From Cirrosporium novae-zelandiae (Eukaryota), in NCBI GenBank assembly GCA_026023565.1, contig JAPETS010000063.1, positions 62,001 to 105,851 of the forward strand: a stretch of DNA of 43,851 nt. Direction: 5' to 3'. Positions within the stretch are counted from its first letter, which is position 1; each line of letters opens with the position of its first letter. Positions 25,993 through 37,731 of the stretch are shown in pieces. Position numbers and translations under genes: made by a program. Under the pieces are notes generated by a model. The model did no database searches, was not told where the DNA came from, and worked only from the letters and a program-made list of their open reading frames with translations.

Positions 25993-26630
25993 ATGTAGGT
26001 GACGACAGGGTAATTGAAACAAGTGCGTAAGTCCAGGAGAAAAGATTCACCTCCCTCAAGAACCCCTTTGGCCTTATTGGAGTATTAAACAGCCCTAAAA
26101 TCTCTGGGCATTGGCAGGGTCCCAGGGCTGAAACGTGCAACGCCTGCCCGCTGCAAGCGATACCCACAGTCTTGACTTTCTGGGGGCCAAAATCCCGAGG
26201 GGCAAGCTAAATGAAGCCCAAAGTTGAAATCAATTGGCTAATGGCCCCGATAGCCAAGCTCTAGCCAAGCTAAGCTGACTTGTCCCTCACTTGGGTACCG
26301 GGGTTATGAAACTTAGAATCACGAAGAGATGGAAGTCTTTGTGGTGGTGCAAATCATGCAAATCCTTCTAGAAATCTCCCCCCCCCAGGCCTTGCCTACT
26401 CAACCAATTCTTCTCTCCAGGTAACTTTTATACTTTCTTATTTTTATTTTATCCTTCGCTTTTTTTTTGTTTTTTTGCTTTTTCCCTCCATTCGTTTCTC
26501 TTTTTACTTTCTCTTTCGTAATAATAAATTGCTCCTCTCCCTTGGTGTTGATTCTATCCATTCACTTCATCATTCCTTATTTACACTGCTGTACAATCAA
26601 TTCTATTCAATTGATCTACAAGTGAACACA

Positions 26631-28277
26631 ATGACCACCGACAAAGGATCAGCAGAGGGGTCACTCCCCGATGAACCGAGGAGTTTAACACCCCGTCCCA
26701 CTTATCTTACCACACGTGCGGCCACCTCAAGCTATTGGTCTCATACCTTGGACAGGACCAACAGCACTCATTTGGATGATTATTTTGTATGCTGGCTATT
26801 GATTGCCGATTCCATTTCCTTTCAACTATAGAACCGTTGCTGACCCAAATATTGTGTCATAGCAAGGACCTCGAGACCCGCACAAACACTCGAAATGGCC
26901 GTTCTTTTTGCGATTGCATGGCAGTGTCCTGCCAGCCATGATAGTGCCCTTGTTATTTGTGGGCGCTTGGTCCACCTGCATCACATGTATCTCGAAATTC
27001 TTTTATGAGCTTTCTGTCTATTACCTCCTTCTGACCGTCCTGGGTTTTGTCGTCGGTTTGTCCCTCTCCTTTCGCAATTCAACCGCGTATGAGAGGTACT
27101 CCGAAGGACGAAAGTACTGGGCCTCTTTAAATCTGGTTGCTCGAAATCTTGGCAGGATTATTTGGATCAATGTACAGGAGCGCGAAGGAGAGGAGGCCAA
27201 GGATGATATCCTGGCAAAACTGTATGCATCATGCACCTAATATCTTGGAATTCCAAATGACTTTGTATAGGACTGCCATGAACTTGATCACCGCCTTCGC
27301 CCTTGCTCTAAAGCACAAACTCCGATTTGAACCATATGCCGACTATGAAGACATGAATGGGATTCTGGATCATCTGGATACCTATGCTAGCGCTGTTCCT
27401 TCGGTGAGCAGCAGCAAAAAATCAACCTGGAAAGCTGCTGGTGAATACCTCGGTATCCCTTTTGCTCACTCGAACCCAAGAAAGGCGATCAAGAAAGCCA
27501 CTGCCCCTCTCGGGAACCTGCCTTTGGAAATCATGAATTATCTCGCGGCCTACATAGAGGAAGTTATATCCAACAGCTCGTTGAAGGACCCAGCGATAAA
27601 ATCTCAAGTCATGGTGTATCTAGCAACCATGAACGATGTTGCAACTGGAACAGAGCGAGTTCTTAACACTCCTTTACCGCTGGCTTACACTATTGCCATC
27701 TCCCAGATTACATGGGTGTACGTGCTCATCTTGCCATTTCAGCTTTATGAAAAACTTGGCTGGATCACCATTCCAGCCTCCATGGGTAAGAATATTCTCC
27801 TAACCTTTCTTTTGTTAGATGACTGCCAGTTATCTGTTAATAAGGTGATGAGGAATTTAATGCTGATATGCTTTTTCTCTAGTTTCTGCCTACATTATCC
27901 TCGGTCTTGCAGCGATTGGGCGTGAACTCGAAAACCCCTTTGGCAACGACGTTAATGACCTTCCCCTCGACATCTACTGTGAGCAGATCGCCAGTGATTT
28001 AGACATTATTTCCTCAAAGCCTCCTCCTCGCCCCGATAACTTTGTTAGGAGTAGTGAGAATCGCGTCTTGTTCCCACTGAGCATGAGCGGATATTCTACA
28101 TGGGTGGATAGAAGTGTGGGGGAAATCAGAGAGGCTTTGCAGGCTAAGGTTGTAGTTGCAACTACCGCTAGGGTTAGCTTTGCGAACGACGAGCAAGGCT
28201 CCACGTTGATAGAGAGAAAGAGATCGGCTCCCGTTAAACCCCAACATCACTATGGTGATGATGGAGATGCCGTTTGA
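26631..28277 (+). CDS. Bestrophin-like (UPF0187/YneE-type) anion channel membrane protein; exons 26631-26786, 26863-27221, 27271-27785, 27883-28277
   Basis: GPRDPHKHSKWPFFLRLHGSVLP, VLGFVVGLSLSFRNSTAYERYSEGRKYW, ERVLNTPLPLAYTIAISQITWVYVLILPFQL and IGRELENPFGNDVNDLP are hallmark motifs. Three GT-AG introns keep frame. Confidence 0.9.
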
Positions 28278-28988
28278 GACTGGAATATTGAGATGGAGAC
28301 AGGCAATGGGTGATAAAAAGAACAAGCGTTGAACATAGTACTCTAGATGGTTGCTGAAAATTGATGCATTATACCGCCACCTGATACTACATATAGTATT
28401 AATATTAAATAAAAATAGGTTTTGGTCAGCAGTATTGAGTCTCGGGCAGCTTGCTTGTCACTATTTTAACTCCGAAGGTTCTCTTTTCCTAGGCTCCTCC
28501 TAATTCCGCCTGAGGTTTTTGTTATTTCCTATTTCAAAATTTTTGACCTGAGTTAATTAGCAAATATTTTTTACCTGAGGTTTGTTTCACTTCAAGATCT
28601 TTTGGGAATTCATCATTGTATAAGGTATTTCGTAGACCTTTGGAATGTACATCTAAACATTGTTCTGGATATTGTGAAAGGGTAGTCAATTTTTGGTATC
28701 CTCTTAAGGTGTGTGTCTAAGGCCCTAAAACGCCCATTCAGTTATCTACATGATACTACAAGCTTAGGAGCAGCACACAGCGGAGGGCAAAGCTCGCTGA
28801 AGGTTAGTTTAATGAGATGGGTGTGTAGTTTATTTGAATTAGACTAAATATTCAATTAGGTGGCTTGTAGGCTGCCTCAGCACACACATTATCAATATAG
28901 TAATAACTATCCAAGAAAAAAGCAATCCATTATTTTCCTGTATCTGAGCAAAATATATGCTCTACATCCTCCACATCAATCAGCCAAT

Positions 28989-31136
28989 TCACGCCTTTGG
29001 TTCAAGGACGATATAATCCTTCACAACAGCCGTTCCATTAATCACCGCTTCGATCTGGTTGTCCGTGCAGGTATATCGCAGACCCCAAATATTACACTCG
29101 ATAGCCGGCATCTCAGGAAGTTTATTCTTAATGCTCCAGCTTGAGGATGGACCCGACGTCTGATATTTAAAGTCGGCGTTAGAGACCGTGGAGATGCTGC
29201 CCGTGGCGATATCCGTGTCGAACATTGCGCGCATGAAAATGCGGTAGGCGGTTTCGGGTTGGTATGAAGTGACTATAGTAGAGATTCTTCGTCAGTGGTA
29301 GTTCCTGGAAGGGTTCCTTCTGTGGAAGAGAATAGTGATCGAAAGAGGATAGCAGATCACCTACCGTCATGGCCAGCTTCAAATACCCTCGAGAACGAGA
29401 AATTTCCATATTGACGGACCACGCCACCGTTATACGTTTTGTTCGTAACAATGTATTCGTACCCAGCTGCACGGAACTCTGCGGATTCTGAGTATTCCAC
29501 GTTCAGGCTCACGTTTTCAGCACCGATCCCTGTCATATTCATGTTAACCTCTCGCACCGCATTTTACCTTTTGCTTTGGTTGTGAAAAGGAGTATGACGT
29601 ACAATTGCACCTGTGATCACGATCACCATAAACCATGGCAACCTTCACGCCTGCATCCAATACACTTTCTAAGTGCTTGATAGTCATGGCAGCAGGGTCT
29701 CCGGTTGCGAAGAAGGCCTCTTCGACGATAGCAGAGTCCTGGGTATAATTCACAGGAACGCCAAGAGCTTTTTGTACCCAACCCTGGTTGAAGAAGCCAT
29801 TGCCATAGTAGGGGGGGTAGGGATCGAGTGTAGGATGGGCAATGTCGAAAGGAGAACGCTATGCTGCCATCAGTGATTTGTGAGACTCAGTAAGTGAAAC
29901 AGAATACTTACTCCAGAGTAATTATCATAAGCTTCGATGACATATGCAAAGCAATAGGCTGTCGCTGCTGCACAGACATCAACCACGGTCTCATTCGCCC
30001 CCAGTCCGTCGGGATCTCCTACGGCTGCAAGCTCCTGGCATTCGTCAATCATATCCTTGCATCCTCTCGCCATGGTGTAATTTTTCATGGCCTCTTCATA
30101 GATGCTTTCAGAAATCGCCTTGAAACCATAGGTGTTATTATATGCCATTTGGGGGTATGAGCCGACCTGATAGCGCATATCAATGCAGCCATTAGTTATA
30201 CCGAGGGTGTCAAGATGAAGGATTTGAGCGTTGGTGATATCACCAGACTCGATTTTGGAGTTTTGAGAGAGAAAGTATGAAAGGAAGCCTGGGCCATAGT
30301 AGCCACCATACGAATTGGTCCAAAGGCTGATCTTGTCATTGTGTGGTTTATACTTTGGGAATTCCACAAACCAGCTCTGTGCAAAATGCCATAGCGCACG
30401 TGCACCGATGGAGGTGGTATTGGCTGTATAGCTGACGTTGTTACTTGAAAATGTCCCTGCAAATAATGTGTTATTCGGTTCAAATGGGATGCCATCCGAG
30501 AAGTCTACTGGAGTAACGGTGCCAGTTGTCTGATCCAAGGTCCCATTTATAAGTTGATCGTAAGAAAATCCCACTTGTACCGGCTGGTCGATATAAAGCA
30601 TGTTGACATGGTTATTCCAAGACCAGGGATTTATGACCGTACTATTAGAATCAGAGTTGACGTAACATGGACCGTTTTCGAGGATTGGGCCGTATAAAGA
30701 GGATGCTCCTGGGCCACCTGCAAGCCATATCGAAAGGGGGGCGTTGGATGGATCATGTCTGGATTCGAAGAACCAGAAGAACGTGCTAATGTTGTAAGGA
30801 GAGGCTGGGGATTCAGCGTCCTCGAGGAGCGTGGAAGGAAGATGGACGTAGCCGCTATATGCGCGGACATTCGGTGTCGTCTCACATATGTGTGTCTGAT
30901 AAATTCTCCAAGTTAGCGAAATTCTCCCTGGATAGCTCCTTAGAAAGTACAGTCTCCTAGAGAGTATGGATGATGGATCGAGTTCGACGGGTACTTGCTT
31001 CTTTGTACGAGATTGAAACTCCTGGATGAAGTTTGGACTTGAGAACGGTGATTCCTTGTGGTTCTGGCGGGAGGTATTGCGCCCAGGCAAGTTCGTAGAG
31101 AAAGGCAATGCTCCCGACAAGCAGCCACGGATGCAT
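28989..31136 (-). CDS. Secreted serine carboxypeptidase, family S10; exons 31136-30999, 30895-29912, 29858-29603, 29529-29365, 29272-28989
   Basis: Signal peptide MHPWLLVGSIAFLYELAWA; ISYKE|THICETTPNVRAYSGYVHLP, WLAGGPGASS, NMLYIDQPVQVGFSY. Triad: Ser (TNSYGG), Asp (GDRDHRCNW), His (AGHDV). Intron 1 needs a GC donor. Confidence 0.92.
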
Positions 31137-33121
31137 TGTTTAAAAGCAAATATATAACAACCGGATTAATTATCAAAGGAAGATAAAAGACCTTATGGTG
31201 GTAAGAAGATAACACCTAGGAAAGAAGAAAGAGAATGCAGTTGTGATTTTTCAGGACATCAGAGATTCAGTGTTCTTTATATAGCGATTGAGCAAGCACA
31301 GCGACATTCAAAGAACAGAGTAAAATTGCAAGACAAATGTACTCAGCCATTACAAAAATATGTAATAGGCGAACCGACAAATAGAAATCCTTAAGGTGGG
31401 CAGCACAGTAACACCGCAAAGTTATTAGTTTCATCTAGGCGAGCTGAAGGTGTAGAAATTGTGTATAATCATCTCCATAAATAATTTAAGGCAATATTCT
31501 CTAAGAGTTGAAGGATTTGAACAGGGAAAGTGACCGCAGCACCCGAGGCTTTGAAATAGCCGTTATGAACAAATATTAGGTGTCAATGGGCAACTAATTA
31601 TCTTTCACTCTTATTGCTATGGTTCGAAATGTGGGTAGGGAGGAAGCTAGACATGAATTTAGGCTTCGGATGACTAACAGGCGAAGGGTACGGTGGGCCG
31701 AGTAAGGAATAAATGTTAAGAACACTAAAGGTGCCGTCATTATAAGGATCGTACTACAAGCATATATTAGAGTAAATCCTCCAGATTAGAGCTAGTTAGG
31801 TTCGTTCAAGTTGTTAGTTCTAAGCCGAAATAATATGATTCCGCCTAAAAGAGCTTAGAAGTTTTTTATTAAAAATGATTGAGATGTGAGCTTAAATGCG
31901 GCCTGAGGCACCGACTGAGGTTTCGACTGAGGCTTTTACTAGTCATCCCCCTAAACATTCTATTTTAGTTAGAACCTCGGGCGCATGCTCATGGAGTAGA
32001 AGCTTTCGGCCCTTACTCCAGGCTGCATACTGTGTATTACAAAGTAGAGACGTCAGTTGAAACTTCAATACAAACCTCCGTTCGTATAATTTAGGATTTG
32101 AACATGCGAAGACCTATTTATTAATTACCTACAGAAACTTCCCGTCATAAAAAGGGAATAGTTATTTGTTGGCTAGCCTAAGATAATGGTTTACCTACAA
32201 CCCATTTTGTTTTCCCTGACATATCCGTTATAATTATAATTTAGGCCTAATATCCGTGGCCTCGAGATCTAAAAAATGTTGGTATCAAATTGCCTTAACA
32301 ATTTGTATTGACTAGTGGATGCTATATTGGCTGTCAAGACAATCCCTTTACCAAAGCCTTTTTCTAAATTTCCGGTATGTTGAGAAGCTGATGTCACCTT
32401 TACTATTTCTGTGAAGCACTGAGGAACTTTCACCGGCCTATAGCAATTTGGCAAGCTGTATATATATCTCGTGCTTCATTATTCTATTGCCGTGCAAGCT
32501 TCTGCTTTGACTAATCTTTGCTGTGAAGCTGAACGAAATGCCTTAGGCCAGGGTTTCTTGGTCTTGTCCTTAAGCCCGTTATCTCTACAATATAACTTGG
32601 TATCGTAATATTATTCTACCTCTGAGATTATGTTTGTGGTATTTAAGTTATTATATTTACTAGACCACAAATGGAACCTCATCATTACCCGTCTTCCAGT
32701 GTTCTTCCTACAATCCATCAGGCCCACAACCATGACACTCCAGTGGACTAATGAATTCGGCCTAACACAAACCGCTTTAGGATAGGCGACGGTGTTAATA
32801 CTATCGTGAATGAGCCATGAGAGAGAATAGTAATGACCGAAGTATCGATCTGACCAAACCTTGAAAGAACGAGATCCTTAAGTCACATCAGCACACTTAT
32901 AGAATTACTGCTGGTGAAGAAGAGTACAATCTATAAATGGACGAGGAAAAATATGGATAGCCTTGAATTGTGAACCCTCATACCTGTCAGCCAAATCTTG
33001 AGGGGTTCGTTGGAGGAGACGTCTGTTATTAAACGTGTAAAATTTGATACTTGCATGATGATTTGTGGGCATTCTTTTTCCTATATTCAGCCATAGATAG
33101 GCGGTATACTTTTAGTACTTG

Positions 33122-34909
33122 TCAAAATGTAACCCACTGATCCCTTGACTCCCATTCTTCTTCCCGACCACGAGGCTTCAGCATGCACACCAGATAAACC
33201 TTCCTTTCATCCAGTTTTGCAGTAACGAAATTAACATACACCCTCTTTGTTTCTACTATATCCTCTGCCTGTCCAACGATCCCTAAATCTCCCTCCTCAA
33301 TCTCCATAATTTTCTCTGCAACCTTAGTAGCTCCCTCACTGTCCCAAACCCCCTCTCTCCGATGCAGAGCCCCAAGAAGCTTAATAGCCTTTCTTCTTAG
33401 TAATGGATCTCGACATTTTATTGCCGTGAAGAATAGAGGGAGGACAATACCGATATCCAAGGAGAATATTTTTTGTTGACCGGAGTTTACAGTAGGACGC
33501 ATGCTCTCAATTTGGTCTAATGTATCCGAGAACAGAGGAATTTGTGCATCCCATAGGGTCTCATCAAGACTGCTGTCTATACCAGCACGAAGGATTATAA
33601 GGCTGAGAAGATAGTACGCACGGAGGAGACCGGAGACGTGCTGCTGTCTGAGGTTGGAAGAGTCATTTATATCAGGGGGGATAAGGGTCCTTTTTGAGGG
33701 AGACCGTGTACGTGCTTGTGATTGTAGAAGGGTATCAAATAACACCTTCCACTGTTCGAGAGCTAAGAGGCATTTTCGTTTCATGAGAAGAATGATGGCG
33801 AGGATATGCTCGTTTTCTGGGGATTGGCTAGACGAAAGAGACCAAAGCGCGTCTGTGAGACGGAAGAGGTAGCGAATATACTCGAAGAGATAAATTTGTG
33901 CTTCCGTCACACTGGAGAATATTATAGGAAGAGGAGCTGGATTTTCATCTGAAGAGAGAGATGTGCGAGAAGCATCAGAAATGGGAGATGAGAAAGAGAA
34001 AGGGGTGTATTGGTAAGGTGAGGACGAGTCCGAAAAGGTCATTGCTTGAAAATCAAAGCGGGAGAAGAGCTGGGTGATTTTGTCTTCTGCTGCCGGATGT
34101 TGGCATGAAGAAAGGGGAATAGAAGACAGTTCTTTCCCGTCTGGTTGGGCTATTCGGAAGGCCTTCGACCGCGATTGATAGAGGGAGAGTATGCGCATCC
34201 CGTTTTTCAGGTGTACTTGTGCAGCTGCATAATTGCCCATGTGGTTCTCAAAGGAAACAAATATAATGCAAGCAACTAGGATTTTCTGCATCGTACCCCA
34301 ATCTTGGTTATCTCCGCCCTCAAGAAGCTTTCTCGCATGTATTACTGCTTTGTTATATTGCTGCAATGCAGATTTATAATATTGCTTGTTTGTCTCTATC
34401 TCTGATTCCCGAAACCTCCTACCTAAGGTACCAAGCGCCATAATCCCATGACGGATGGCTGGCTCGGAGTGGCTCATTTGAAGCACCATACGGCTCCAGA
34501 AGCCTTCATCAAAATATTCACATGATTCTAGAGCGATACAAGCACGGAAAAAGTCAAAACTTTGGCCTGCAATCCCATCGCCATTGAACCCGTGGCCTTG
34601 AATGTGAAGATGGGTTAAGGATGATAATTCCGAGGGCGGAGTGGACGAGGGTATTCTACGGTGATTCTCTGCTTGGACAAGATCGGTACGAGATAAATGG
34701 TCGGTGCCATAGCCATCACATCTGCGACCTGTTTTTGTGCAGCGCTGGCAATTGGGTTTCGTCTCATCGCATTTGACACGGCGGATCCTGTGTCTCAATG
34801 TTAGGACTTTGGAAAATAAAGGAGGCGAATCTCGAGGAGTTACTTGCCTGCATGTCTTACAGCCTGTCCTAACTCTGATTTTATAACCAGTTATGACAGA
34901 ATTTTGCAT
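33122..34909 (-). CDS. Zn(II)2Cys6 transcription factor (Moc3/Upc2-like C-terminal domain); exons 34909-34848, 34787-33122
   Basis: After removing a 60-nt intron: [34 protein letters not shown], a canonical C-x2-C-x6-C-x6-C-x2-C-x6-C cluster. Also [24 protein letters not shown] and [16 protein letters not shown]...RREGVWDS, typical of this fungal TF group. Confidence 0.92.
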   Translation of the reverse strand: [595 protein letters not shown]

Positions 34910-35304
34910 GTTCTGGTGACATGAAACAGCAAAGAAAGGTTCAGTATTGTTGGGGTTTGCCAGGAACCCGTTACTCAGCCTTATATCCCGAGATGACGTT
35001 TGCTTACTGCACCATCAACTCTATCATCCAATAACGTTAATTACTGATCCTTTTACCGGGTATCCTCCTGAATACTCTACTGATCACATTTATATTACTA
35101 TCATGGTGATAAATATTAAATTGGCTTTCCGTGAAGTGATGAAACTCCAGGTAACTTAGATGCCAATAGCTGAAGAGGCTTCGCTACTGGCCGCAAACCA
35201 CAATTCCAAATGCACGATTGCAAATTTCTATCGCTATCTCACATACGAATTCTTCGTTCTTAGAATTACTCTTACCCTCTGTTCCCCACTTGTTCCTGTG
35301 TAGG

Positions 35305-37731
35305 TCATTCAACCATATGCATCGGAAAATCTTGGAGAAGAGTATCCCATTCCGCCCAGTCTATTTGACCTGGACCAACTTCTGGAAAAGTATATCCGAC
35401 GCTCGGATTAAGATCGTCCCTCGATCGTTCCGTACAATTAGCACTGATCTTCTGTTTTCCCTCTGGAGGTGTAGTAGTTCCCTCGGAGGTGGGATTTGCC
35501 ATAAGCCAAGCTGTCAGAACTTCGCGGGTTCTGGAGGTAGTCGGCTTTCTCTGAGAGTATAGCGTCAATATGAAATCGGGTATCGTCAATTCGGAGGGAT
35601 TTGGAGAATGGCGTAGAAGTTCCGCTTCCCATGCTTCCCAAGCCTTTAGGGTCAGATTTCCCATTGCCACGTTCAAGGGATTATTGGTTTCTGCTTTGAC
35701 AAGTGGATGGCGTTCGAAGATGTCATTGATCAACTGCCAAGCTCGATCTACATCAGGCCCAGATGTTCGGTGGTGTAGCTCGCTGAGAAGATAGATAAGT
35801 GCATAATATTGAAATTGGGCGTTGAAAAACCATGAGAATCGTTGGACGCTTTTCGTTGATCGGACTAAATTTTCATATTCGAATATCTTCAAGCAAGTGG
35901 AAAAGACTATATCTCTCTCTTCATTGGGCATGGGAACTTTTTTATCTCGATATTGGCGAGGGTTATGAGCCAGCAACCGTAGTAGACAGACGGCAATTTT
36001 CGCCATTATAATACAGAGAAGATGTAGAGGCACTGAAGGATCGCAATGTCTAACAAACTTTTGTTCTAGCATATTTTCGAGGTCGTCGACGCTCTTATCT
36101 TTGATGGTTATTGACATGACATCGTTGGTCTGCTTCTTCAGGTCATGCTCAGATACGAAGGCGCAGGTGTACCGCCGACCAAAGTATTGAGCCAATTCGC
36201 ATCTAAGAAGAACAAAAACCATCTCGGTAAGACCAGTGTCATTTACGAAGACCTTGGTCATTTCGGAGTTCAATTCGCTATCATTAACATTCAAAGGAGG
36301 TTTAGTGTCCCAAGAACGGGGAGAAACTGGGGTTCCAGTGCCGGAGAGCTGTCCTGCGATATTATCAAGCGAAATTATCTGCCACCACAGGCGTCTCCGC
36401 ATCTCAGTCTCGAATATAGAGAGCCCAAAAGAAGCACCGTCGCGATGAATACCCGTTCTCCGGCCAATACGGACGGCAGTACCGGTTAAGATCCATAGAG
36501 AACCGGGGTCATAATATCCACGCATCGATAACTTGAGTTCTCATTTAGTCATCAGATCTTGCCTTCAAGGAGGATATAACCTACAAGATAAAGCACAAAT
36601 GCCTGGAGGGTGGTTAGATCGGAAGACCTGAGGAAACTGGCGTTATTCAAAGCTTGTTTCGTAGCAAACCGATACTTTGCTACGAGTACGGATTTGTCAC
36701 CAATCATACTCTCACAGTCTTGGGAGCTCAAAGAACTGATAGCGCTTAAATAGATTGCAAACATTAATGCTTCCATTCCCTTTGATAAATTATGTAGGTC
36801 GTCACAGGCTTTGAGAATTTCCTGTTGTACAGAAGATGAATGAAATAGCTTCGTCAAAGGATCGACATTATCTAGGTAAGTTTGCCACAATCTAAAAATG
36901 AGTATTGGCTGAGGATGAAGAGCACGTAAGGATCTAAATTCCGGCCAGGGATTAAGAATAAGATCTTCTCCATAGGGCAACGCCATATGCGATGGTTCCT
37001 GAATCGGCGTGTAGGCCTCCTCAGTATCTGACTGAGTGTCTTCTAGTATCTCTTTCGAATCCGGGAGCTTTGAGAAAGATCAGAACGGCTTATAGATAAA
37101 GAAACCATGCAAATCCAACATGTTCTGGAAGATGAAGACCGACCTCGTCGCTTAGAGCTTTCCACAGATTGCTACAAACGTCACATATAGGATCACTTGT
37201 CATAGTTGAATTGTTAACTTACCTCGTTACATACCTAGACCATCCTCTTCCAACGATCAGCTTGTCAGATTTCAAACCTGGGGAGGAGATATATTCTGCC
37301 TTGCTTTGGCCCTGGGGTTTCTCCTTGGGGGATTCTGGTGCTTGGCTGCTTGGCACGAAAGGGCCCCCAAGTAATTCTGCTTTGTCAGGATCGGCAACCT
37401 TGGAACCAACAACATCAATTCGTACCCCCAAATTTCTTAGGAGCTCCTCGTACTGCCGTATTTGAGCTCGCAGGTTTACCTCTTGGGGACTCCTTTTACG
37501 TCGGTTAGGTGTGGCTAGTGCACGAAAAATGCATTCCACATTAGTCTTGACGCATGTAGAACAAGGCCACTCTCGATCGCATTTCACTTTCCGTCGCTGA
37601 CACGAGGCACAGGCGTGTGACTTGCGAGTTCTTGAAGCTGTCGCCCCTACCGCTGCCACTGGCTGGGAGCTTGGAATATTGGACGCTGAAACGGTAGATT
37701 GTGGAGAAATTGGGTATGCTGGGTCAGCCAT
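35305..37731 (-). CDS. Zn(II)2Cys6 transcription factor with fungal-specific TF (middle homology) domain; exons 37731-37223, 37171-37144, 37067-36585, 36531-35305
   Basis: ACASCQRRKVKCDREWPCSTCVKTNVEC; LHPQPILIFRLWQTYLDNVDPLTKLFH; GIHRDGASFGLSIFETEMRRRLWWQI; DTKPPLNVNDSEL; C-terminal IDWAEWDTLL activation-type motif. Resembles cluster-resident regulators of the Bik5/AurR2 type (by recall, not searched). Confidence 0.9.

Noticed and set aside
30999..31120. Apparent frameshift or pseudogene at the carboxypeptidase N-terminus
   Set aside because: Fully resolved by the GC-AG intron 30998-30896; the gene looks intact.
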